Source: Barthelona sp. PCE
Lineage: Eukaryota
NCBI GenBank assembly: GCA_040285745.1
Contig: JAUFOR010000004.1
Location: 744,001 to 808,000, forward strand
Direction: 5' to 3'
Length of the DNA: 64,000 nucleotides
This document shows, one piece after another, positions 34,801-41,909 of this stretch. Below the pieces are notes generated by a model, which made no database searches, was not told the origin of the DNA, and worked only from the letters and a program-made list of their open reading frames with translations. Within the stretch, counting starts at the first letter, position 1. Each line of letters opens with the position of its first letter. Both the position numbers and the translations under genes were made by a program.

Positions 34801-36145
34801 CTTCATCAGAGATTACAATGTTGAATTCATAGAAATGTAATCGATTTTGATTAAAGTTGAATTGGTAATTAGAGATAAGCTCATCCAAATTATTCAATAA
34901 TTGAATCAAACTTTTTAAATCATGAATCTGAAGTAACAAATGCAACGAACTGCTTGTATGAATGGGAAAGAGAACACTCCTTGTAAATTTAATAAACAAA
35001 TTGTTGAAGAGCATGAGGAGATATTTGACAGAACTAGTATCACAAAAAAGATTACAGTTCCTCACCAAGATGAGTAAAATCTCAAAAAAGTGAGGTATTT
35101 GATTGACTACCACATCAATAACACTTGAAAAATGTGAATATTTCAAATGACCCTCTTTAAAGCTTTGGTTATTTAATAAATGATTAAACTTATCAAAACT
35201 GCTCAAGTAGGAACATATTTCTTTGGTTTCCTTTTGACTTTCCATTAAAAGATTTTCATATTTTCTCCAGTTTTTCAAAACTAAAGTAGAACGATTAAGA
35301 GTTAATAAATCGAATATATTCTTTACGTTCTTCTGTTTCAGTTGCTCGATGATTGCGTTGATACTTGATAATCTATTTTTCCAATAAGAAAGCTCATCAC
35401 TCGGAAGGGCATTGAAGAAATTTTTTCTGATTGCAGCTATGTTTTGCATCTCTCCACAGATATCCTTAATTAACGTGATCCAACTTTCCACCAAGGTTTC
35501 ACAGTAAAATATGTTCTCTGGTGTTAGAATATCAGCGCTATTACCATTTTTAGGGTTCAGATTTAAATCCTCTTTAATGTTGATAATATTATTACTAGAA
35601 GAAATTTTTGAACACAGCTCATTATAATTGGTAAGGAAATTAGCAAATGATTCTTGAAAGATATTTAATGATCCTAAATTTGTTGTGTTCAGATTTGAAG
35701 TGGATTCAACAAAAGGATTGAGAACTTTTTCAAATAGGTGACTGAAACTTGTCAATATATCACCGTTACATACGAACTGAAATGTCATTTCATCAAAATT
35801 CTCTGGAGTTAGAACAACTTCTGCTTTTCGAACAATAAGTATGGTTAAAACATCTGAGCTGAGGTCGTCAACATAGAGTTGCACGCTGCAGGGGACAGAA
35901 ACCTCCTTTATCTCTTCAATATCGTCGTCAAATACTTGAATGGTAGAATTCCTGTTGCTTAAATACAATGAAAAAGAGGAAATCGTTGGGTCCGTGAAGA
36001 ACATTTGGTACGCATTGATAATTTCCTCGGTGAAAAATGCAGTAAATGAGATATTTAATTCTGAATTGGTTAGCGAAACAGTTACAAGCTCTAATAGGCG
36101 CTTGAACCTACAATCAAGCTCTTCGGCATCGGTAATGGTGTGCAT
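19877..36145 (-). CDS. Highly divergent dynein heavy chain-like protein (~5420 aa) with degenerate AAA1 and an IQ motif
   Basis: DHC_N1-like ELSYWKNRLSSINAIIEQL and LTWNS; linker DVEWASRFRVY/YGYDFL; AAA2 GDSCSGKTT; AAA3 GTSYSGRST; stalk coiled coils. First ATG at 36145. Confidence 0.8.
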   Translation of the reverse strand: MHTITDAEELDCRFKRLLELVTVSLTNSELNISFTAFFTEEIINAYQMFFTDPTISSFSLYLSNRNSTIQVFDDDIEEIKEVSVPCSVQLYVDDLSSDVLTILIVRKAEVVLTPENFDEMTFQFVCNGDILTSFSHLFEKVLNPFVESTSNLNTTNLGSLNIFQESFANFLTNYNELCSKISSSNNIINIKEDLNLNPKNGNSADILTPENIFYCETLVESWITLIKDICGEMQNIAAIRKNFFNALPSDELSYWKNRLSSINAIIEQLKQKNVKNIFDLLTLNRSTLVLKNWRKYENLLMESQKETKEICSYLSSFDKFNHLLNNQSFKEGHLKYSHFSSVIDVVVNQIPHFFEILLILVRNCNLFCDTSSVKYLLMLFNNLFIKFTRSVLFPIHTSSSLHLLLQIHDLKSLIQLLNNLDELISNYQFNFNQNRLHFYEFNIVISDEDIFYDINQFRENLMLLKQILEVYIIFYDLPDIKLNSLEYLKYLLKNLKTSTFDPLTTFDTNLKKIFTRVINTNLQVQKDLYQYLPQLFLLNENNKLTLVERINQLLSLEKLYKLNYLEQAFEDISNQLLKEFEDNVEELKKKFLKDQDKPTSKNLPLISSKISLVKVLTDKLTTELNCVLKLRVFLSPGFLSNTVIQYNHLFNDLTEFEVVHHYSFTKHIELLRLNLNQNLLTFDKDKNLVIMFASQLKEMIKNLKFLNSVYDSKSLEDSSGKSLDLPNCTEIVLKQQNNYLNFANKLEELLTLREDLFGRISPLLFPLLLHAIELVETSFSKGLAILTWNSMILDEYVFKCEHSLTLLKANLASLDNILYQRMLYPLLRLLKYKIFDFSYVLNEDIDINNIDLTAFIDIQQQSISQFIQSIKKFLAELQDSLFELEQFIVDSYEKNDNCYDTDVFLEKKGDLLKELNVFKQRLSGQIFRVLKFVVIENLKSLHNVLTKGYLCDDGTYKPVFVLDVVLKVPHILIQYPVIDNSTELTLKDGIRQILFILIHSFADLPIVEGINDACEVVECCTDSLGMLPDFNCSIYNAFLEDTDILNMFLCFEMFSKLQQNFSHVLDDISNKFDWIFISDPFTNLTSIFNDFNSGNDDSGSISLNNLDLNSAELIFKDLNSSMEILVEHNDFVKYTRVAGVSLSLKPLKAALVSELRVWYDLCSRPLRKLAATELKCVVSDCSEKLNSFSSVVKTINDFKIVKDVVNDVKDTDTEISIKIGQIKAIYDFIAKYNAGVQPEALVYATQIAKQYSSILKHYKNTKKTNIPSPLQVFEEECQHRSMKKQMHVQEFEAELDLIQESHNAGFEEGESLDFKDDVFEDTMSIEALKSVPLQRSRPSSRRPSIVGGFETGQTMLFNSRPFSKKRRPSRAAAAHREKQQHAAVVIQRIFRGYSLRKRLNERLQEMKIDVSAIPSNRSIASFNSIEFESETADQNFQFNFDVSSVGSGLDTNIPDMGSAFGSRRGSLLHVVTEECFPGSTMFEVEEAFLLLTVDSVWLEVVHSLQEAEAKLKSLTPDLVNQIMAIRKQIRIDLVKLASQIESSSPLKNNISIAQVREIHNNFASMLDKVLYDIDLLNIGAELFYLPLFGKDPDLDNIIQMTSLSGSLIDIYDEFHSLSSVILNTKVLELDLGSAEIDFMKLNQKLECVFDGTGLNAGLFSSGSLLKSIYETRDLLDALLPVLHKLVSSRLNSFYWRCLTDHLSAKANSTNIISTSLTEDIVFADSIDLSELSVKFLVEFDVVSSKSFIEQLLALSSLEFSIQNTLDEVIYRFSAHCLTFTKLLPEVEVVSDHTIEKLLEYCDLYYHKLTIAKIELTKAFTINKFIIKSHVCSNVEMWISILMEIKTQLIQLKNLQHQLTLLHKIFPGLNLLKESDTSATSVFNVFSGLSGLWNSIISFIKDCDALLLPCFINMKDNDFELSLMSQTFLPQLASLISHMEKKLEELLEMKRAHHPILFFITREHLLSLLATLSPINREMFVNHMDVNSTDELGTIHVDAKKKKDNFVDVRLLHSVFPFIEELVFDKFLPQVIIGFKTNLNEYIGFQQSIDLFDLHGEDLIHQIGTFMYTIKDAVKLASKKSIVECCCDANFSVASVLNSLNTHHLQAVMLANSVTLTNLIESSTMSGSAGRLESNNALNQLSIMICQLSSLFYGNPNNAALEELGVTYTDYTSVVKLKYILSNCLYYKDVFEHILRSRVKSTYDVEWASRFRVYLSKDEQELLIGLGLNMMTYGYDFLSYRKRSPTTFHTHSQLIAPVSTTDYVQLATTIINYINSGQYFVLKDSKSSISHDIMRFVSTFAGKMILTLNCALGCSSAQLSRLFNAAIGTDIWVLFHGINCLKNTVLEELNHYCTIYENAKKESSSVIQLNIESHPLKIDRNSGFVLSQTFVESSDEKKKILKQFARSVSLSKPNFGSLIFTSLISEGFVDASGLAKKISLFFECFEREMKTTIGYGQVLQLLHIISIMKGREHTVLPSNYINHLFSAFSVAKEDRDALEKNCSLSIQDSEQNSKYIHSVTSHESQIIVTSLIYVFDSTFKNDEELSSLLDIYHFEQNSQVYDLSFSFYKTYYEADASNKKKQVYESTSRSDHRTTSIKPSPSTMQLNSRILPIKLEDLATFNVGNIRLSQFNKLLEQIFNLRLSHEFKHVPHDLLLSSVHNAPTLTPYIGQNSARSHKSFKSTKSGKTLHSTGTLEEFGEILYDTPLCSELAVVYDSLGLLSPSTHIQKLASNMFVSLLFSNFIGLSGDSCSGKTTLIRALVRCLEKLITKQIEYKEVFLDQLDPNLSFEDIIVPITKPNLDSNNYCTFIHVHITEENSPHLNNLLSFGTSMFTTRSFLRQKEERYLMNNEFVFIVELPSSVQKSVYGSVIPVFYMNSDAIDWKHLVKIVVEKVKNLELKKANSSQMNYDFSPTIENLTMFNTNSSLIEMEIESEIDEQQKDKRRSGSITIEHTYQLLEWLFLTFFDRAYTFLFTPSLEDNPLRLKPLRHLTRNSCIRIMSEIVGALIINFTGNTSAFNFPLPSHIVRRIFSYALFTCLGSVLSNDDKKKFTVFLYLSLKLPGIPDSIMNTVDSIKETQLLSRSSLNYRRRNPTQVSLPSIFDYVIDVHSAEWLPAENLIIDSKIEPCVIESGLVNIDAVINAQNINVIFSKEFASVQFLVDLLFTNRKNELSTGTPLIPLLCGTSYSGRSTLLEALFLTQQDQSTFDVDETMDFIRLKGYSETSILDIVKSRTNQVSSGVYVPKKKFHDIAHIFKLDSINNSTMESTIIHSLVTDNVFHLDTNDPRSMVTVNDLYFCASETRGAMNNKLSQRTFPLFITTDISPREIAGKLCVNIFKESNGYHCFTPQLMNTLFNIIERFLDNLKPEHRRMSKLLFINIIKSLLNIKPDPKLEISEFLRISFSIIEVYLHDLVDVDFDKSFTHTMSKVFSISKGHRDSFQSTMSSAGASDQHSETQSVTSGFSPSKLSKNMPNVVNSFDRVLPLIRYVDGSYCVQYFSVSEFNNAIIQFVPEPLHPYVKESESCHLQLFQTAFLLSQLHVKGIHILMQSDVVSRYYLPLYDFNFIRCIILFLSLPLRPVFLEMGTQMADIKDNSLIIVRGSVAKQRESFLLDLLSHIDSFSHIKVIVTDTTCSIDWLPVEFALSVMWKTLPVLEIQNTFSAGIVEAPQFQKLLNDKIIGHKDTKPENIEQLMSFDFGKCVATLTASFVQILPQGKNLSEEFSKEQRKKKAKKRKKKKKRDEDTSSLNITADELISMLDSYKPKCETVVLEEKKEKRSRARRKTKEEQSEMEINAKRKILVNSVNEKINFDAHTVLEKTLYRNIPDLSQIFTVHLTPTTLGKYGLIMSNVFLAAVKSFESDADTMNRLQQSLQVLLRLEETVRSKNTNSTEEIDSLQELQGKELDCLSEISTELADWQVEKSNSSTQLMGVSLELDSINKNIATFNERSQIMLEKFEEEFQHLKEIPTLVRRVFENAKQNPDWLVVQDTFAFILAFFSPNLEVVIDHSSGTYSYPTSMEVEFNKITDSDFSVPFRDLIGGLGLNNFSLMKLLYNQPHFSAAFLSAVLPVAVRLLKFFVYLEPLVTIYIDRFHLITRREELSTEFDNLEHVIKLFETKIEKNQSKQKEYIEKLEFLTKKIRMNQNFLANIKRNLLQFDLVVNDLKDIMKNCTHISTPSRINVFWNTLSVMLYLQYRNHVHSSRDKILSNMIENIMPSNENVSFTTFFERRDVVCSILPESLHCVAGDPELAQFFCGAMVSSVYAPMIIYDPASIMRSYLNIPSHDFATYNYEEVINEDCIIWRLNSSKDLGIFQEAIGTLFNCFSGSFNYFKVNGVMYDIDIDRLPNIFFVVDSTDLFENVKSVSTLFNHIELSPSNGLMERVVFKHIFKCDSPDLCEEFFRLKEELQVFQEKTTTIKNDIFLTTSQIDSNITNIDSIFSNLVYLFENLNNNQKEIQRVNERFDFLNVYSSIYLQFAKEFVLFIKNFTDLYKNFLKNFQYFNFNQVLNFVEMVVSGAKNAPIGTKARLDMLLDSLTNLKKIILYQIPLNERFYLLAMMAFFDGVEHSDHVSTESYSSYKDVTSNILALLDIDYSTIKLPINAEVEECKYDSNGLYRLQYLSSIDIISFDFSEFLEEFQAKCDIFTQLYHNIEQQMFSSHKIILIEFLEILSEFASFEHLNKVQLFVIVYNLTRSLAIPRIVDGAVVSDSHPNSSLLTSLLRSFIEFICGADISQTMTDPDVIMANNVLSTLLKSKSITGRTGLGYGVAFTYKHHIPLFMSRVFSDNRYTAIWHSSVSISSIDHLKMHDPKSRVICITVTQNTNFEDLNNFCLQLNKLNFFFCIFYNDEYDVPDELKDVFRRQSLNVFSFSTPITVQALLPNLLLSLPSSFYSSNEMENSTQLNSFLLRMGYAYASACLSGMHVSDSTSSTQNLMVSHIYRVFYATAAGISNNHLSDNTAIKSVAQYNGIRHAAVEMIHESFPIPGISYNIASVVDCFLDDKGNMIKEKRERDEIALGYPSLMLWNHIYNENSQRLKVLPTQDTSALFNITGVSLLSELLPDLFDSEDIIKSSLRFNKVMYSQNFSHAIDRCDMPFIQSTYSPSVVRLFLKHLPELPFFPKKNPTTKYTLPPSFFSHLAFVKEHGMSVVTVLKLCLSNGGIQTSEGLNSLYQLKQLFTWVQNLSDTLKNIGEQDLPMESILIMLSLSQHMEAMINGIQPLLLGKTKTIDVSIIPDLQRFFHYTYLSIMQSKSRFSSDLSLKLSVISDKTKIKSEDSLVLSKFHINHQCQLDKNSKLTTLDFNPFVDSYTNMFNNSTMPIAALGLGRISRNNSSINSCSNVNSLYLHERSKNIPLPLFASKFGHMLNSFCDIDEDEELFYNRLSTVLFTTTDTDKVKGILSRFVALSPHAQCHNSTFEFLTMLQTN

Positions 36146-36409
36146 GATGCCGAGACTTGTCGAGAAAAGGTAAGTAATGTAATACAAGTTTTGAAATGTG
36201 GCTTTGGTTTTTTTGAAGAACTAAGGGCGTGTACTGGTATGTTAGACCTATTGATCATAATGCGTTAGTTCTTACGTCATCTAAAGTGTAGAAATTTTCA
36301 ACGCAGGTACAAGTCATTGTTGTTGTTTCAAATCAATTGTTGTGGGATCTCTATGTTGCAAGCAGCAATGATAGCAAAAGTTGTGTGTGTTTTTGACTTT
36401 CTCTCTCTC

Positions 36410-37810
36410 ATGCAAAGTTTTTGTCTTTTTTGGGTGTTTTTAATAGCTTTTCTTGCTGTTGGGGCATGTGATATCCGTGATTCAATTATGGGATGTCAGT
36501 TTTATCCAGTAGTTCGCTTTTCGAACTTTTACGGAACGTTTGGATCATCAACTCCATTTGCTGGAGAGGATCACCAATTTGTACATTTGAATACATCACA
36601 GAAAGTGAGCAATTTTATTTCAAATTGTAATAACTCTGTAGAAACAGCAGTTCTAGTTGTTGAATCACTTTTTAATTCCAGTATACTTGAGTGTACATCA
36701 CTATCACTTCTAGGGATTAAAAAAGAAACTGAATCTGGACCATTTTTTGATATTAAAAAAGAATACAACTTTCCTTTGTTTCTTTTCAACTGCACAAAGG
36801 ATATTGATGATTTTGACACCGTTTACGTGAACTACCATCAACATACAGATGCTTCAAACACCATTAGAGATTGTGCTGATGATGAACGTTGTCAGCCTCG
36901 TGGTGGTGTGTCATTTTTTCATGAAAAAAGCAGCGATGTATTATTGCTTCATGCGCAACTTGATGCTTTTACAACTTTTTATCCATTAACATCGACTGAT
37001 CCAACGTACAGAATTGCAGGACTATTAGAGCTTTATCAAACGTTATATTCTGTTTTGAATGTAAGTTTGCTTTTTACAGATAATGACAGCTTGTATCCGG
37101 CTGGATCAGCAGCATTTCTACGTTCTTACACCAAAAGTGAATCAATCACGAATGTTTTTAGTATTCGTAGTATTGATCAAACTAATGTTCCAATCAGTGG
37201 AAATTTTTCAAAGATTTCACCGTATTTCGATGATATGAACTTCATTAGCAACACATCTACGGTTGATATCGGATTTTCTCAATTGTATAATGAAAAATTT
37301 GATTCTGATGCAGGGTATGTATTTGGAAACGATGATCTTTCAACTAATGTAACAAAATACTGTGAAAATCTTGGTCAGATTCTTGGTTTGATAGAGAATA
37401 TTTATGGTTTAACCGATCTAGGTGTTGATTGTTCAAGATTTGAAGAGATTAGAGATTCATTCAATAATTTAAATAGTTTTTATGCCGGTGTAACATACAG
37501 CACTAAATACACAAGAGTCCACTACACTTATCAGCAATTATTGAGTGATTTACTTGAATCTTATGAAATACCTTTCCATAAGGTGAATGCTGTGAATCCT
37601 GCTATTGCTTTTGAAGAAGGTACATTTTATGTTAATACGAAGATCAAAGATTTCGATATTCTAAAAGAATATCTATCCAGTGAATCAAATTGGCAATCTT
37701 ATGAATTGCAATTTTTTAAAAAAAGAACAAAAAATGTTTTGATAAAATTGTCAATACCCATCATTATTATGTTTGGTCTTCTTGGTCTTCGCTTGTTGGT
37801 TAAAAGATAG
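36410..37810 (+). CDS. Nicastrin-like type I membrane glycoprotein (gamma-secretase subunit)
   Basis: Signal peptide, VRF...GTFGSS, CQPRGGVS, SESNW before a C-terminal TM, and many N-glycosylation sequons. Confidence 0.6.
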   Translation: MQSFCLFWVFLIAFLAVGACDIRDSIMGCQFYPVVRFSNFYGTFGSSTPFAGEDHQFVHLNTSQKVSNFISNCNNSVETAVLVVESLFNSSILECTSLSLLGIKKETESGPFFDIKKEYNFPLFLFNCTKDIDDFDTVYVNYHQHTDASNTIRDCADDERCQPRGGVSFFHEKSSDVLLLHAQLDAFTTFYPLTSTDPTYRIAGLLELYQTLYSVLNVSLLFTDNDSLYPAGSAAFLRSYTKSESITNVFSIRSIDQTNVPISGNFSKISPYFDDMNFISNTSTVDIGFSQLYNEKFDSDAGYVFGNDDLSTNVTKYCENLGQILGLIENIYGLTDLGVDCSRFEEIRDSFNNLNSFYAGVTYSTKYTRVHYTYQQLLSDLLESYEIPFHKVNAVNPAIAFEEGTFYVNTKIKDFDILKEYLSSESNWQSYELQFFKKRTKNVLIKLSIPIIIMFGLLGLRLLVKR

Positions 37811-38755
37811 TTAGTCAAAGTCATAATCATCTTCAAACTTGCCAGGTTCCTGATAAACTCTTCTTTCCCTATAACCAGCTTGTCTTCTTTGAAGCATTCG
37901 TTCACGTCTTTGTCTTAAAGTCAATCTTGGTTCTTCTGCTTTTTCCTCCTCTGTTTTGGTTGTCATTTCATGCCTGCAGATTGGACACAATCGACCTTGT
38001 TTTGACCAATCTACAATGCACTGTTTGTGATACATGTGATCGCATTCAAGTTTTGCTACCTCGTCGCCATCCTTGAAGTCAGATAAACAAATGGTACATC
38101 TGGCACCTTGTTGATGCTCATCAGTCACAAAACTGAACTTGGTCTCTTCCAACATTGCACGGAAATTGGGACTAGCAGGACGTGCTATAGGTCCTTGTCT
38201 GCTCAGCTGCTGGATCACATTGTTTAGTTCCTCATCAGAACGTACGTAATCGCCCATGTTCATTGCATTTGGAGCAACAGCGATGTTAATGTTAGCACCC
38301 ATTCTATCTCTCAATTGTCTCAATTGGTTAAACACATCTGTGGGGTTCATCCCTTCAACAGATAATGTAAACGTATGGTCAGCTACTCTATTAACTCTGA
38401 CTTGGGGTACTTGAACATCCTCAATTTCTGATACATCATCTTCTGACAACTCACTATCAGTGGATTCCTCTAAAGGGGGCGTGTATGTGGCGTCACTTGT
38501 GGATATATCGGATAAGCTTGACTCTAAAGATACTGAATTATCCAAGTCTTCCAATGCGTTGTAAATTTCTTCATCAAGTTCAGAATACATTTCATCTTCA
38601 AGCTCATCATTTGGAAAGGCGTCAAAATTGATTGGTAACTGTTCATTTTCATCAATAATCTCAACGAATAATGAGGAACATGTTTCACAAGTTGGCCCCT
38701 CATCTGATTGGTTCAGATTACGTTGACAACTGCAGTTATAACAATATCCAAGCAT
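37811..38755 (-). CDS. RING-H2 E3 ligase, RNF115/RNF126-like
   Basis: N-terminal zinc ribbon CYNC...CETC..FVE, MGDY motif, and CTIC...C.H.YH..C...W....CPICR. Confidence 0.85.
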   Translation of the reverse strand: MLGYCYNCSCQRNLNQSDEGPTCETCSSLFVEIIDENEQLPINFDAFPNDELEDEMYSELDEEIYNALEDLDNSVSLESSLSDISTSDATYTPPLEESTDSELSEDDVSEIEDVQVPQVRVNRVADHTFTLSVEGMNPTDVFNQLRQLRDRMGANINIAVAPNAMNMGDYVRSDEELNNVIQQLSRQGPIARPASPNFRAMLEETKFSFVTDEHQQGARCTICLSDFKDGDEVAKLECDHMYHKQCIVDWSKQGRLCPICRHEMTTKTEEEKAEEPRLTLRQRRERMLQRRQAGYRERRVYQEPGKFEDDYDFD

Positions 38756-38936
38756 CAAATCGATAACAAACGTTTAATAAATTTTCGAAAAGGGAGGTTT
38801 TTTTTGTACCATATTGCAATGCACTATATTGCATATTCAAAACACATAAACATGTATATGCTCGATATAATCGCCACATTGCCCTGTTGAAAACACAGTT
38901 GAGTGTTGCTATCGCAATTCTTAACCATTTCACACA

Positions 38937-41882
38937 ATGCGCAAGCGTATTCCGAAAAAGGACAGCGATGGTAAATACATCTCTGACGACCAGCATCTGC
39001 AGGATATGGAAAAGGCTATGGTAAAGAATCCCAAAGCTTTTACATTCCAAAAACACAATAAGGCCGTTAACTTGATGCGAAGATCAATGGATATTGATAC
39101 ACTGCGGCAGAAGGTACCCGAAATGAAGGATACAACTAAAGACGATTCAGTACCAGTAGTAGTAGCAGTGGTTGGTCCTTCAAAAGTGGGTAAATCAACA
39201 TTTATTCGGTCAATGTTCAAATACTACACCAAGAGAAACCTCAATGAGATCAAGGGACCTATCACATGTGTTGTTAGCAAAACTCGTCGAATTACCTTTT
39301 TAGAGTGTAATAACGATCTCAATTCAATGATAGACATGGCAAAAATTGCTGATGTTGTAATTTTCTTGGTTGACGCATCTTACGGATTTGAGATGGAAAC
39401 TTTTGAGTTTATGACTATCATCAAAACCACTGGTTACACTACTGTAATGGCAGCTATGACCAAGTGTGACCTCGTACCCATGCCCAGGCTCAAGAAGAAG
39501 CGCAAAATGATGAAGAGGCGGTGGAAAAAAGATGTTGGTCAAGGTGGCAAGTTTTTCTTCTTTAATGAAATCGTTTCCGGTGGCAGGTTCTATAAACGCT
39601 CCGCCATTACCAATTTCCACCGTCTTTTGGTGAATTGCAAGGTGAAGAAGATTACCTGGCGTGATGCACACCCCTACATGGTTGTCAACCGTTGTGAGGA
39701 CGTTACTAATCCTGCTATCCTGGAACAGGACCCCAGCTCATCGCGCACAATGAGTTTTTATGGATGGGTAAGAGGAGTCCCACTACATGACGAGCAGCGA
39801 ATGCATCTTTTGGGTGTTGGTGATTTTGACATTGCTCACATTTCTGCTGCAGTTGATCCGTGCGCCCTTGATGATAAGCTGTCACGCAAAAGGCATCTAG
39901 GACAGAAACTGAACTTGTTTTACGCTCCTTGGACTGAACTTGGAGAAGTTGTTGTTGATGATGATGCAGCTCATATTGTTATGGCTGATCGTATCGTTAA
40001 CGATGTCGACAACGAGGAGTACAAGAAGGTCAGCGAGCTACAGCAAGAGGGTATGTTCTCTGATGATGATGATATCGATTTGGCATTCGGTACTTCCTTA
40101 GCTACAGATTCCAAGAAGGAAGAAGTCGAAGAGATCGTACAGCATGATATTGCTGATGTTCTGAAGGAGAAACGTCGTCCAGTAAGTGATCTGTTTGAGT
40201 TTAAGGATGTAAGCGCAGGAAAAATGCAGGATGATGAATATTTTGATGTTGACAGTGATATTGATAAAGAGTCAGATGTCGAAGACACAGTTGAGCTGGA
40301 TGAGCTTGATGGAATTTCCGATATTGTGCACACTGGTGGTTCTGCATACATTGACGGTCGTAAGATTTATGTTGATGAGCAGAAGCAAACTGAGGAAGAC
40401 AGTGATCTTGAAGTAGAGCTCGATGATTTCGACGACCTTGTTGAATCAGAGAAAGAGGAGGAACCCGAAGAGGAAGAGGAACCGGAAGATAAAGAGGAGC
40501 CTGAAGAAATGACAAGGAAACAGCTGCGTATGACACGTTACCAAGAACGTATTGAGCGCCGTGAGCGCTTGAAGAAGCTTCTTGGTATGCATTCACCTCA
40601 CTATGAGAAGATGAAGCGTCAGATTGAGGAGCAGGAAGAACGTGAAGAAGCCACACTCAAGTCTCTTGATGATGATGACAAGGTTAACCTGGTTGGTTAC
40701 CATGTTGGTGCCTATGTGTGTATCATCCTGCAAGATGTTGCTCCAGAGTTTGCTGTTAACTGCAAGAAGATCCAAACCAATAATCAACCAATTGTCTTAG
40801 GAGGTTTCGAGCAGCAGGAATCTGAAGAAAATCTACGCTACTGCAAAGCTCGAGTCAAGAAGCATCAGTACTATCCACGTCTGTTGAAATCATTGGATCC
40901 GATCATCATGAGTATGGGTTGGCGCCGGTTCCAAACCATACCAGCCTACATCCACACTGATGAATATCTTCGTAACAGCGAGTCATCAGAACGTATGCGT
41001 TTTGTGAAGTACACCCCGGACTTTATGCACTGTGAATGCGTCTTTTATGCCCCTGTTCATCCATTGAACACACAGTTTATTGGATTCCAAACGCTGGAGA
41101 ATGAGACTAACTCGTTCAGAGTAGCTTGCACAGGTACTGTGTTAGAAGTTAAGAAGAAGTTTAAGGTTGTGAAGAAGCTGAACCTTGTTGGTGAACCCTT
41201 TGAGATTTTGAAAAAAACTGCCTTCGTGCACAAGATGTTTTCCACAAAGGAAGAAGCTGCTATGTTTGTTGGTGCAAAGATATCGACAGTGTCAGGTGTT
41301 CGTGGTCAGATCAAGTCTATTGAAACGGGTAAGCGTTTTCCTCCAGGTTGTGTTCGTGCAAAGTTTGAGGATCGTGTTCTTGTCAGTGATCTTATTCGGC
41401 TTAAAGGATGGGTAGGTGTTGATATTCCAAAGTTCTACAATCCTTTAGCAACATTTATTGGTTTTAATCTTATGAGAACTACTGGTAAATTGCGTCATGA
41501 TCTAGGATTAAAGTCCGATTTCAAACGTGATTCTGTTTACAAGCCTGTTGAAAGAAAAGAGAGAAAGTTCCACAAAATGAGGGTTCCTGCAGCTGTGGCG
41601 AAGAATCTTCCTTTCAAGAGTAGATTGAAGGTACAACGGAAACAAGTTACTGATTATGAGCGACGTCGTCAGACAGTTCAGTCAGAAGAAGAAACTCGCC
41701 GTGAAAAGGCTCTGAACCGATTGGATGTTTTATACAGTGAAAAATGGAAGAAACAGCAGAAACAGCAGAAGGCTAAAATCGATAAACACAATAAGGAATA
41801 TGATAGACTTGCTGATATTCAAGAGAGGAAGCGCAAGCAGAGCAAGAAGGATTTCTTTGCTAGAAAAAAACAACGCACATAA
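38937..41882 (+). CDS. BMS1: Ribosome biogenesis GTPase Bms1
   Basis: NPKAF, GPSKVGKST, RRITFLEC, GFEMETFE, GWRRFQT, TVSGVRGQIK. Confidence 0.97.
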   Translation: MRKRIPKKDSDGKYISDDQHLQDMEKAMVKNPKAFTFQKHNKAVNLMRRSMDIDTLRQKVPEMKDTTKDDSVPVVVAVVGPSKVGKSTFIRSMFKYYTKRNLNEIKGPITCVVSKTRRITFLECNNDLNSMIDMAKIADVVIFLVDASYGFEMETFEFMTIIKTTGYTTVMAAMTKCDLVPMPRLKKKRKMMKRRWKKDVGQGGKFFFFNEIVSGGRFYKRSAITNFHRLLVNCKVKKITWRDAHPYMVVNRCEDVTNPAILEQDPSSSRTMSFYGWVRGVPLHDEQRMHLLGVGDFDIAHISAAVDPCALDDKLSRKRHLGQKLNLFYAPWTELGEVVVDDDAAHIVMADRIVNDVDNEEYKKVSELQQEGMFSDDDDIDLAFGTSLATDSKKEEVEEIVQHDIADVLKEKRRPVSDLFEFKDVSAGKMQDDEYFDVDSDIDKESDVEDTVELDELDGISDIVHTGGSAYIDGRKIYVDEQKQTEEDSDLEVELDDFDDLVESEKEEEPEEEEEPEDKEEPEEMTRKQLRMTRYQERIERRERLKKLLGMHSPHYEKMKRQIEEQEEREEATLKSLDDDDKVNLVGYHVGAYVCIILQDVAPEFAVNCKKIQTNNQPIVLGGFEQQESEENLRYCKARVKKHQYYPRLLKSLDPIIMSMGWRRFQTIPAYIHTDEYLRNSESSERMRFVKYTPDFMHCECVFYAPVHPLNTQFIGFQTLENETNSFRVACTGTVLEVKKKFKVVKKLNLVGEPFEILKKTAFVHKMFSTKEEAAMFVGAKISTVSGVRGQIKSIETGKRFPPGCVRAKFEDRVLVSDLIRLKGWVGVDIPKFYNPLATFIGFNLMRTTGKLRHDLGLKSDFKRDSVYKPVERKERKFHKMRVPAAVAKNLPFKSRLKVQRKQVTDYERRRQTVQSEEETRREKALNRLDVLYSEKWKKQQKQQKAKIDKHNKEYDRLADIQERKRKQSKKDFFARKKQRT

Positions 41883-41909
41883 TATTCATATTTCATCAAA
41901 TAAAAGCTA

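Noticed and set aside
19877-36145. Trans-spliced, split dynein as in Giardia
   Set aside because: The ORF is continuous from tail to C-terminus and no half-intron was seen.
36170-36306. GTAAGT and GTATGT donor-like sites upstream of the nicastrin-like gene
   Set aside because: No consensus acceptor or upstream coding exon.
40450-40510. Short GAGGAA-type repeats in BMS1
   Set aside because: They encode an ordinary acidic low-complexity linker; not CRISPR or a mobile repeat.
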